A DNA stretch of 64,000 nt, from NCBI GenBank assembly GCA_964106915.2, contig OZ066917.1; one strand, given 5' to 3'. Numbering within the stretch: position 1 is the stretch's first letter; each line of letters starts with the position of its first letter. Below the pieces are notes generated by a model that did not search any database, was not told where the DNA came from, and saw only the letters and a list, made by a program, of their open reading frames with translations. The DNA is from Podarcis gaigeae (Eukaryota). A program made the position numbers and the translations under genes. This document shows, piece after piece, positions 1 through 10,580 of this stretch.

Positions 1-1288
1 GGACCAATGGAATCTTTCTTCCCATTTCATGGCTGTGAAACCCTGCTGACTTTGAACGCAGTCATTCCTTTGTAATTTATTTGATGGCAAAAAGAAACAA
101 AAACTGATTGAATGGAAGAACATGAAAATTGTCTTAGTATAAAACACCTGGATTAAAAAGCAAATTAATTGAATTCAGCACGGACCAGTACCCACACATT
201 GTCTGTGTGTTTTACAGGCTGAAATGTCCTCTCTGTGGCTCCCCCACCATTTTTTTTTTTTTTTACTTAGAGATGGAGAATTTTCATGTCTAGCAGGTGT
301 GGTGCTCTTTTTTGATTTTATTATTTACTTTAGCTGAAGTCTAACTTTTATTGAAAATAGGATGGTGCAGAGTTCAAAAGGCAAAACCATTCATCATGTT
401 ACTAAAATACCAAGAAAGTATTTTTCTGAACTTACTGCTCCCTTCTGGAAAGGTAGGATTTAAAGAACTGGGGAGGGGAGGGGAATAAGTTTTTAATGGA
501 TGGAAAAAACTGGCATGCATAGTTCAGTTTTGATCATGAACATATGCCGCAGTCATAGGGAGACAGGAGGGTGGAATGAATGCTTTTTTATTTTATTTTT
601 TTGCTTTGTAAAGAAAGCAGTTCTTTCCAAATGCATTTTTCCTGGCCAGGAGAAATAGTTTGCAAGCAAGCAATCACAAAACCCAATTGCATACTAGGAC
701 TGCTGCAGGGTGCCAGAGCTAGCTTAACCTGGAGGTTATTTCGAGGTTTAGTCAAAGGCATTAAAGGTAAAATTACTGTTATGGAAGACATGTGTTTAAG
801 CCATTTATAGCTGCAGCTTACATCAAGGGGGTTGCGAATATTGTGCGGAGGTTCAAAAATATTGGTTTTCAATTATGCATCAATGTCTTTCTTTTAAGAC
901 ATGCATTTGATGCATTATTGAAGAATTGCCCAAGGTGTTGTTCAAACTGCAAGGTCACACAGGTGCAAGGTGTTGTAGAACTGATATAAGGGACAAACCC
1001 CCAAAGCCAAGATGATAATTTCAGTCCTAGAATATCAAAATCAGAGGTTGCCAACATGGTACCCTGCAGATACTGCTTGACAACTCCCATCATCCTTCAA
1101 ATGTGCTTTAAAACTATAGTGTACATACAGCCTAATTGAGCCTTTCCCTGCTATCAGAGATCAGACTGAGTATAGATTTTTAAGGCTGGGCCAAGGAGTC
1201 AAATCACCTTTAGTTTTCAATAATTAGGCTTAAGGTTGCAGCCCGCATCTCAATGATTTTTTAATGTTTACTCAGAATTACATGGGTG

Positions 1289-1885
1289 CAGGGCTGTCTT
1301 AAGCATATGTGGGGCCCGGGTGCAAAAATCTCCCCGGTTCCCCCCCCCCACCTTCTGGATGGAGCGGCTGCTGAGGCCAGAGCTCGGTCAGATCTCGGGT
1401 GTTGGCAACAGGGAGGGGATAACCAATCAAATAAAATGGCCAGGGACTCCGCCGAGCCAATTTCTTTGTCACCTGCATTTCCCTCCCTGCTCACATGTTG
1501 CCCTCCGTCTCCAGCAAGGCACCTAAAATTTGGGAGGCAGAGAAAGGAAAGGAGGAAAGTGAAGGCTGGTGGCTGCCAGGCACCCAAGTGACAAACCTCT
1601 GTGGGAGGTTTGCAAAAGCCCATCCGGGGACCTAGAGCACCCGCTCCCTTTGGTCCCATGGCGCCGCGGCACATTAAGACTTTGACGACAACTCCGCCAT
1701 CAGACGCTGAGCAGGAGGGGGGTGGAGAGCTGCCCACAGCAGAAGAACCCGCTGCGGCACTCCAACCAACAGGCTGGCTTTTCCCCAGACTCAACTCTCA
1801 GGCTCCGGACTCTTGGCCTGGTGCCCCTGAGAGCCCGGCACCCAGGTGCTCTGCACCCCTAGCGCCTATGGGTAAGACGACCCTG
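1289..1885. mobile_element. Non-autonomous hAT DNA transposon (GC-rich, 597 bp)
   Basis: TIRs cagggctgtctta (1289-1301) and taagacgaccctg (1873-1885), 11/13 complementary. 8-bp TSD catgggtg (1281-1288) / catgtgtg (1886-1893). The overlapping ORFs here are GC artefacts. Confidence 0.8.
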
Positions 1886-2448
1886 CATGTGTGCATAAAA
1901 AACTGGCAACCATTGTCATGACTAAATGTTGTTGGATTGTGCTGGGGGAGGTTAAATAAGGACTATTCTCAGTAATTGAATAATCATATGAACAAGCCTT
2001 TTGTCCATATGCATAACCACTCCACTCTCTTCATGTGAGATGCCATTAAACCAAGGTCTCTTGTCCAAATTAAGAAACTGTGGTTACCAGCTCTGGAACA
2101 AGCCAGGACCTGAAATCAGCTTCAAACCATGGTTTAAGATCCTGGCTTGTTCTGACACTGCTAACTATGGTTTTTTAGCCAGAACAAAATGAGAAACTAT
2201 GGTCAGTTAGAGATTGATTTGATGAATGCTGCAAAGGAAGAAGCAAACAAGTCGTGTGTGGGGTGTGTGTCTGTGCGTTCATTTCTTGGTTTAATAAGAT
2301 ATGATCATAAACATATAAACCCTTCCACATAAGTGCATAACATTGGACACCATGCATTTCCCTTTTCTCCTCGGAATAAATTTGACCTATATTTATGGAA
2401 GGAAAAATGATATTTAGTTTCATAAGAACAGCCTTCTGGATTGGGCTA

Positions 2449-2450
<2 letters not shown>

Positions 2451-2498
<48 letters not shown>
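2451..2498. repeat. (TAA)n microsatellite, about 16 units, tail of the Rex1/Babar fragment
   Basis: Direct reading. It produces the poly-Tyr of ORF 2450-2857. Confidence 0.95.
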
Positions 2499-2500
<2 letters not shown>

Positions 2501-2725
2501 GCTCTCTGCTGCCTTAACAACTCTGCCCAACCCCATCCTGTCCTGGGTAGTACACCTTCTGTACCACACACATAAGCCATAAGTGAGCACGCTCTCAATG
2601 GCACAGTGATAGAAGGCAAGCAGCAGTTTGTGCGGAAGATGGTTTTTCCTTAGAACTCTCAAAAAGTACAGTCTCTGCTGCGCCTTCTTCACAAGCCCCC
2701 TTGTGTTGATACTCCAGGACTCCCC
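2498..2725 (-). mobile_element. Rex1/Babar non-LTR retrotransposon RT C-terminal fragment
   Basis: Stop-free SWSINTRGLVKKAQQRLYFLRVLRK...LLLAFYHCAIESVLTYGLCVWYRRCTTQDRMGLGRVVKAAESI matches the Rex1/Babar KKAQQRLYFLR...FY..IES.L...VWY pattern. Confidence 0.85.
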
Positions 2726-4157
2726 TTGTGTGGACACTTGCCTAACAAGTTCAGCAATCAGTGGCCAACCAGATGTCTGTGGGACTTCTGCAAGCAGGGA
2801 CCTGAGCACAACAGCCCTCTTCTCTCCCAGTTTCCAGCAACTGGTATTCAGAAGCATTGCTTGACCATGGAATCAAGCATAGCCATCAATGGCTAATAGC
2901 CCTCAATAGCCTTTGTTGCTATTAATTTGTCTAATCTTATTTTAAAGCCATCTAAGTTGTTAGCTATCATGGGAGCGAGATCCATGGTTTAACTATGATT
3001 GGATGAAGAAGTACTTTCTTTTATCTGTCCTAAATCTTCCAACATTTATCTTTATTGGATGCCCATGAGTTTTGGTGCTCTGAGATAGGGAGAAAAACTT
3101 TTCACTATCCACTTTCTCCAGGCCATGCCTAATTTTATGAGCATCTATCATGGCAACTCTTGCCCACCTTTTCTCCAAACTAAAAAGTCCCAAATTCTGT
3201 AACCTTTCTTCATAGGGGAGTTGCTCCATGCCCTATAATGTGCTTTTTCAGGTGAGGCAACCAGAACTGTACAAAATATTGCAGATGCAGTTGCACTGTA
3301 GATTTGTATGATTCATCAAAGTTGGTGAGCAGATTCTGTTTATTTTTGACCTAGGACTGTTACTGTTATCTGCACTGCAATGGGTTATACAAGCATTACT
3401 ATAAAACAAAGATCTTGGCATAATAAGCAAACCACTGAAAAAAATGGGGAGGGTGAACATTTAAACTTATGTTTACAGATGATGATGGAAAGGAAATAGA
3501 CTTTTACGTGTGTGTCATGGGGAACCCCTAAAACAACACAACAGTAATTTAGGAATAGTAAAATAAATGCACAGTTAAATTGCTTTTGCTGCCCGTTGCC
3601 ACCGTGGCCAGCATCTGTGCTTCTTTTTAGGTTAACAGTTATATAACTCTTTCTTCAAGCTTCCAAATATTAAGGTCAGACAGAGGTCAGGCTCAGGTGG
3701 CCGGCCCATGTGACACTACCAGGAGTGGCTCAGCAGCATGAATAAAATACTTGTAGTCCCATTTTTATGCACAGATAAAAGAAAAGAAAAGAAATAAGCA
3801 TGCTAGTGAAGGCAGGGCCAGGACCACTGGAAGTAGATTTGTTCCCCAGTGAAAAAGAAATGTCAGCCCACCAAGAGCAGATAGGCATAATTTTTTACAC
3901 CCAGGATATAAAATACATGTGTGGTTTCATTTTATTTTAATAATAAATATAGTACATGTATCTGCTAAGAATATTAAGGCCCTCTTCCATGACTAATGTC
4001 AATGACTAATGTCAATAATGTAAGCACTCATATGATCGTTGCTGAATTAACTGTATACTTCAAATGTTCAACTTGTATGTGTAACACTATACAGTACTGT
4101 GTGTATCACACATCTTTGTTGTATTCACACTTACAAAAAGCTGCAGATTTAACTGCG

Positions 4158-4260
4158 CATAACAGGAGCGTCAACTTGAATAAAATATTGGGTGGGCCCA
4201 GGTAATGCCCGCCCCCCATAATCAATCACAAGACCTGGCATGCAGACACCATTTGAATGT
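4158..4260 (+). mobile_element. Partial hAT-like MITE, same family as 42315-42485
   Basis: Shares caacttgaataaaatattggg and ccatttgaatg with the 42.3-kb copy. Confidence 0.6.
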
Positions 4261-5711
4261 GCTTATTTTATCCCTACATATACCAAGAAGGCTAAAATAA
4301 TACAAAACAGTTGTTCTGTGCTGCCTCCTACAGAACTCCCTCATGCTGGAAAATGAGAAATGGTCCCAGGGACCCCAGCATCCTCACAGGGGCCTCTAGG
4401 GGGAACTCCCATTTTCTGATGGAAGGTGTGCTTGGAAAAGGCAGCAGCATGTTGACTCTTTTTTTCCCTGATCTCTTCTGCTGGTGGATATTTTTTCTGC
4501 CGGGAAAAAAGGAGATCAGCCAGATTTTTCTTATCTGCAGTTGCCCTTCTACTGACTGTGGATATCAGCAAGCACTCATCCATGCTGGACGCTGATATCA
4601 ACCCAGATGACAATCAATGTTTATACGTTTTACACCTTGCCAAATCAAATATAATCCATTTACTGGGGGGGGGGGGAGATCATGCTAGCATTCCTTAAAT
4701 ATCTATAGATAAGAAAAGTCACAATGCTCAGATCTTGAATTAAGGTGAAGTCTGGAATGTACAAGAAAAGCACTCTGGGATATTGTTATTTTTAAGCTTT
4801 CATATATGCTGAAATAAAGTCTGTATTCTTCTTATTAACTTTGCTATCTGGAAAATGCATCTATTAGCTTTTATAATGGCTATTTTTAAATTGGCATGTT
4901 ATGGGGACTTTTTAAAAGAGCCCTGTAATTTCAGGGCAATGATCTGCTCTTTCCCACTATATTATTGTTCCATTTGAAATGCTGACTCTCTGAACAAACA
5001 TTTGAAACAATTCAAGAGAAATGTTCATCTGCCCTGCTCAGCTTCAGTTCTGCCTACATGTTCCATGAAATATATCACAGCTATACAACCCTTCCCCCCC
5101 CAAAAAAAAACCTCTCCTAAATGCTGTGAATTTTTGTAATAGTTTATGAAATCCCATGTGGCATCCCATGGAAGCTATACCCTAGTATGGCATGTTAGAA
5201 TATTCCATTCCACCTTAAGGGACATGCATGAGACTGTTGTGTGTCACATGCCTGTTTACACTCCAGCACAGCTTGCTGGGAACTTCTGTTTGTGTATAGC
5301 TTTTGCTTTTAGCTGTCTTGCTTTGGACATGAAGGGGATCAGACATGTTTTCCTTTTGTTCTGATGTATGCTGACTAAACTGCTTGTAAATATGCTTACA
5401 CAACCTCTCCTGCCACTTCTGCTTGCGTGTTATCTTTCCTGAGTTGCGTGCCCCAGCTTCTGAAGCTGTGGGTTGCAAATACTGCAACAAGGACTGGAGA
5501 TGGCCCGGCACACCGGCCAGTGGGCTGGAGCCAGCAGGGGCCTGCCAATCGCCCCTGTTTCCTTGGTTGTATGCCAACATGGCAGACTGCTCTGGATCCT
5601 AATCATAGCTTGTTGTTTGCCAGTCCTCCCTGGGGAAGGGGGGGGTGCTAAGAGCAACACCTTCCTGCTACGACCAGGATCTGTGGCTTTGCATGCACCC
5701 CCTCCCCAAGA

Positions 5712-5879
5712 GGGCAGAGCTATATTGCATATAAAAGATTCCAGGTTCAATCCATCTCCAGGTAGGTTTGAGAACATCTCCTGCCTGGAACCCAGAGAGT
5801 CACTTTCAGCCAGCGTATACAACACTGAAGTAAATGGACCAGTGTAATGACTCAATGCAAGGCAGCCTCCTATGTTCCT
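5712..5879 (+). mobile_element. Degraded tRNA-derived SINE with CR1-like 3' tail
   Basis: B-box-like caggttcaatcc, body cctggaacccagagagtc, tail ggaccagtg...aaggcagcctcctatgttcct. Related pieces lie at 31228-31308 and 52155-52235. Confidence 0.6.
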
Positions 5880-6244
5880 CACAGTCAAGAGCATGCAGGG
5901 ACCCTGGAGCCTAGTCTACCCATACTTGACACCATGGAGAAACAGATTAGATACATGGCAGCAAGACACACATGAACACTGGAGAGAAGCATTCCCTTTC
6001 CATTTGCAGCTCACCCCCGCCCCCCAAAAAAACCCATACCAACTATCACTGTTTGCTGAAGGGTGTCCTGCTCAAAAGTCCCCAATATTCTGGAGCTGGA
6101 GTTTTGATCCAGAATCTTCACAACAGCCATGACAACCCTCTCAAAAGAAGAGAACATCTGTCTCTCTTTTTACCTTATTCCTGGATTAAAGTGAAAATTC
6201 ATATGCGAATTTTGCAAGTCATTGTGGAAAATGCATGCCATCTG

Positions 6245-6335
6245 AGGATGCAATCCTTAGAGAGCCCATGTGAGGGGGTAAGTCCTGTTGAGAAAAACAG
6301 GGCTTATTTCCAAGTGAACATGCACAGGACTGTGG
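6245..6335. mobile_element. About 85-bp palindromic MITE (Harbinger-like family, several copies in window)
   Basis: ggatgcaatcct...gtaagtcctgttga...gggcttatttccaagtgaacatgcacaggactgtg. Same pattern at 15250-15340, 41935-42020, 45995-46110 and 56053-56142. Confidence 0.55.
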
Positions 6336-7042
6336 TACAGGAGCCCTACATTGACAGAGTTTATAGGCTGCAATCTTGCACTCATTTCCTCATGCCAGCG
6401 TGTTCTGGAGCTCACAAGTGGACACAGCAATGTAGTTCAACTTGAACTAGTTTTGCAACAGAAGGGAAATATGCATAATTAAAGCCAAATAATTTATTTA
6501 GAGGCTTGGGAGAGGAATAAGGTACACGTTATATGATTCTCTTAAAATAAAAATAAAAATGCCCAAGGCCCCTCTGCTAAGGCATACTGTACCTGCAGTT
6601 TTAATTCAAGGGCTCTGTCAAAGTTCCAACATTCTTGAGCCATTACAAATGGAAGCCGGAGCCCTTGAAACAGATGTGCAGAGTGTGTGATGTAATGAGT
6701 CCAAGCCAGGCCTGTGAATACAATATTTTATTATTTTCACTGCTTCATGAGACTCAGGGATGCTAAGCCCGCATTCAATCCTCAGCAAAATATTACAGAA
6801 GAGATTGCCACCTGAAAACACCTTCCTACAGTCTTGCAATAAGATTCGTTTCCTTGTACTATTCGTATTCATCAGCCCTTGTCCCAGTAAGTCAAAGCAA
6901 TTCAGGAACTATTAGCAATGAACCCTCAAGTCCAAAGGGCATTTGTTAAGGATGAGAAAGTTCATTCTATTCTATCCGTATCTTCTTCCAGCATTGTGAT
7001 CTGCAGCTTATCTGGAGTTGCCTTCACCCTAACATTTATTTT

Positions 7043-7748
7043 AAAAAGGTAAAGGGTGTGAGATTTTGACCAGCTTCTGCCCATCTGAAGCTGAAGCTGA
7101 TACAGGCTCATCTTATCTGGAGCCCAAGCAGAGGGTCGTCACACACAGCGGAAGGATAAGCAGTATATGCCACATTCTTAACTTTATTTACACTCTATGT
7201 TGAGAGAATACAAACATGCATCTTGCCTCTGCGAGAGCAGAGAAACAACTCCTCTCGGAAACAAAGAACACTGAGAGAACAGTGAAAAACAGGAAACCAG
7301 TGTACGTCACATCCAGTCTCCCATTCTCGTGGGAACCCAACAGTAACGCTGACTGTGGAATGCAAAACAATGTCCCGTGACTGCATTTGCTGCTCAGTGA
7401 GGGAAATAGAAACCAACAAAGGGACCCCTGACCATTAGGTCCAGTCGTGGCCGACTCTGGGGTTGCGGCGCTCATCTCACTTTATTGGCCGAGGGAGCCG
7501 GCGTACAGCTTCCGGATCATGTGGCCAGCATGACTAAGCTGCTTCTGGCAAACCAGAGCAGTGCACGTAAATGCCGTTTACCTTCCCGCTGGAGTGGTAC
7601 CTATTTATCTACTTGCACTTTGACATGCTTTCGAACTGCTAGATTGGCAGGAGCAAGGACTGAGCAACGGGAGGGGATTTGAATCACTGACCTTCTGATT
7701 AGCAAGTCCTAGGCTCTGTGGTTTAGCCCACAGCACCACCCGCATCCC
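7043..7748 (-). mobile_element. Sauria SINE (tRNA-derived, BovB partner), tail interrupted by a solo LTR
   Basis: Head (reverse) cagcaccacccgcatccc at 7731-7748, core ggtacctatttatctacttgcac, tail aaaggtaaaggg...acccctgacc. Highly similar to 37648-38003. Confidence 0.92.
7057..7418 (-). mobile_element. Solo LTR (362 bp)
   Basis: TG...CA ends. Perfect 5-bp TSD aaggg (7052-7056 / 7419-7423). AATAAA on the minus strand at 7183-7188. Removing it restores the SINE tail ggtaaagggacccctg. Confidence 0.85.
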
Positions 7749-9134
7749 TCAACATTTAGGCCCCTTCAAAATTGGCTTGTTTTGTGATCAGGCCGTACAA
7801 TTGTGTACATGTCATTTGCTGGCATCACTGAGAGGGGTTTTTCAGAATTTCAACCTCACCTCTCAATCCGGTTTTTTGTTTTGTTTTTGTCTGTGTATGT
7901 GTCATCTTTTTAAATCGTAAGCCTGAGGGCAGGGGCTGGGTTCTTTGTGATTTTTTAGTGAGTCTTCATTGGCTGAAGATTGGGATTTTAAAACAAAAAC
8001 ATTTTTTTTAAAAAAAAATAGTCCTGTGACACCCTTGGCCTCACCATCAGGTAAGCATGGTGTAGGCAATAAAATAAAATAAAAACAAACCACCAACCAT
8101 GTAACAAATCCTGGCCAATGGAATAATAATAAAAAAGATGTGGGTTCATCAATTGTCAGCCATTATCCCCACAATGTGTCCTGAGCAGGTGGAACATGAG
8201 CTGAGCCAGAGGTGAAAAAGAGATAATCTTAAGAGGTAAGTCAGACTTTGTATTACCCTGATACAAACCCTCACCACTTGATGCACTGGGTTCTTATCTA
8301 GCCTTTCATCTTCCCTCTCCTCCATTGGCCAGATGCAAAAATACCACTCCAGCCTACTGAGTGGGGCTAATGGGATCCGGAGTCCAAAAACAATTGAGAG
8401 ACACCATGACAGATACCATGGGTGAGCCCATTAAGGTCAGCGGATGCATTCATTTTCTAATGACAATGATGACACTTTCCAAAAAATGCAATGCATGTTC
8501 TATGAGAAGAGCAAGGGTTATTTTTCTCCGCAGTTTGGTTTAGTATTTTCCAAGGGGTGCTTTGTTTCTTTAGTCAACAGAGATTCATTAGAGGGACATT
8601 CCCCCAATTGCCCGGTGGTGTTTTCATTCCACTTGGACTTAAGCCAACATAGCACTTTAAGTCTGAGTCAGCCAGTTTGTTTCCAAAGAAGAATTCTGCT
8701 AAAAGCTAGTTCAGAAAGCAGCAGCATGCTGGCATTATGTCTAATATCTGAATTTATGGCAACTCTGTGTTTATTGATTATGATGAATGAACAGCACTAC
8801 TTCTCGCTATCTACCATTTGACTCCATAGTTTATTATAGACAACATGTGTACACAAGAATTTTCATACTGAGACAGACTAATCCATCCACTCTGGCCTCT
8901 TGCTTCCAGTGGTGACAAATGCTTTTAGATTAGAGGAATATTTTTAATTTATCTGAATAGCTTGATATTAATAAACCCTGTTGAAATTCAGAGTGGTTAA
9001 GGGAGATCTAATGGCTTTAGATTAGTGATCACAGTCACTTTTGTACAGTGCCTTAATATGTGACATCTGCTAAGTTCCCTGCATTTCTGGAGTGCTGAAT
9101 CATAATCACTTCTAGCAAAGAATGAAACCCTTTA

Positions 9135-9349
9135 CAGTAGTACCTCGGGTTAAGTACTTAATTCGTTCTGGAGGTCTGTTCTTAACCTGAAACTGTTCTT
9201 AACCCGAGGTACCACTTTAGCTAATGGGGCTTCCTGCTGCCGCTGCACGATTTCTGTTCTCATCCTGAAGCAAAGTTCTTAACTTGAGGTACTATTTCTG
9301 GGTTAGTGGAGTCTGTAACCTGAAGCGTCTGTAACCTGAGGTACCACTG
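9135..9349 (+). mobile_element. Tc1/mariner (Tigger/pogo-like) MITE
   Basis: TIRs cagtagtacctcgggtta / taacctgaggtaccactg, with TA on both sides. Inverted near-copy at 51522-51768. Confidence 0.9.
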
Positions 9350-9559
9350 TATAGAGTTATTGGGTTCCTTTCGAGATGGGCCAAAATTACCTAGCGTAAT
9401 TTAATGATCAGACTAATTCTCAAACATTCTCAGAGTTTTGAGTCAAATCCTCAAAAATTTGGAACTTTATAATACAGCATATCTTGGTCATTCCTTCTTA
9501 AACTATTGTGGGGAGATTCATATGGGAATTCCAGGTTCTTAGAAAGCATTTAAACATTG

Positions 9560-9815
9560 TATCAGTTCACGTATTTTTAAAAGCTAAATAAAATCTATAA
9601 AAGCTGGTTACTATACCTGCATCTTGAATCAGCTTGGGGGGAGCATTCCAAACTTTGGGTGATAGCACCAAGAAAACCTGTTTCCCTGTTGTCACCAAGT
9701 AACCATCCACTAGTCGAGAAGAACCACTTGCACAAAGAACTGCAGAGGACTTGAAACTGCCTGATCTGAGCAATATGTGGAGAAGCCCTGTGGCAGCAGT
9801 ACCGAGTCTCAAGGC
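9560..9815 (-). mobile_element. Degraded L2-type LINE 3' fragment
   Basis: Translation GKQVFLVLSPKVWNAPPKLIQDAGIVTSF resembles the L2 ORF2 end motif RAFSV.AP.LWN.LP..IR.A.S...F. Confidence 0.55.
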
Positions 9816-10002
9816 AAATCCTGAATAGGAAGCTCAGGAGTGAAACTGACTCATGCAGTCATTGAAGGCTGATGCTGCCATTGAGGCAGGCCAGTTTCTG
9901 TCCTCGGCCTTTTTTTCCTCCAGGCCAAGTTAGCATAGCATAAGCAGTTGTGTTGCTTATCACCAGTATTGTCGTGATTGTATTGCCCAGGCAGGTGCAT
10001 TC

Positions 10003-10580
10003 TGTGACCCACGAGAGCAGCAACATAACCAGACCGTACAATGGTGATGGAATAAAACCAGGCCAAATCTTTATTGACAGCAGCAGGTAGGACAAGGGTT
10101 GGCATGGCATTGGGTCCCAGGATCAGTCATCAGTCCACAAACCCCATGTTGATGGAAAGGATCCGCTGGGTTTGGATCACTCCAAACCTGTACGATGGGA
10201 GTTGGCCCATGTTGAACCTTGCCGTGGTGCAAGCCAAGCAAGCAGGGTCTCCCTGGTGGACCAAGGTGAAGATTCCAACCAGGCAGATACCAAACCCACA
10301 TTTGGGTTTGCCATGGTCAATCCTCCCCTCAGGCCCCTTTTGGGGCCCACCCTATACAATGTTGATCCTAACTGATGCCATTTCCGCCCTCATGCAAACA
10401 ATGTTCTTCTGCCTAACAAAGGAAAGACATAATTTCACTGATGGAAAGGCGGGGAAAAAAACCCAACCAAGGGCCAATCAGGCTGAGATTCCGGCCCTGT
10501 CAACAAGCAACCCAAAATTGCTCAGTGAAGGCTCTAACATGAGGGATGGTGGGCAGGAAGCTCTAAAAGCAAAATGGCTG
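10003..10580 (-). mobile_element. Possible old LTR-like repeat, boundaries uncertain
   Basis: GC-richer block starting tgtga, with AATAAA on the minus strand near 10070. No convincing TSD found. Confidence 0.3.

Larger units (their letters stand above)
2421..3232 (-). mobile_element. CR1 LINE 3' fragment (ORF2 C-terminus plus 3' UTR), interrupted by a Rex1/Babar fragment
   Basis: ORF 2993-3229 reads LPYEERLQNLGLFSLEKR...GHPIKINVGRFRTDKRKYFF, typical of the CR1 ORF2 end. The 3' UTR runs to about 2740, and the terminal piece cataagaacagcc...ggattgggctaat lies at 2421-2450. Confidence 0.88.

Noticed and set aside
1261-1921. Overlapping 100-177 aa ORFs
   Set aside because: They lie within a GC-rich hAT MITE, with no recognisable domain or splice context.
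2450-2857. 135-aa ORF with poly-Tyr tail as a gene
   Set aside because: It is a chimera of CR1 UTR, a Rex1/Babar RT fragment and a (TAA)n microsatellite.
5215-6445. Cluster of 120-157 aa ORFs
   Set aside because: They run through SINE and MITE remnants, and show no protein family signature.
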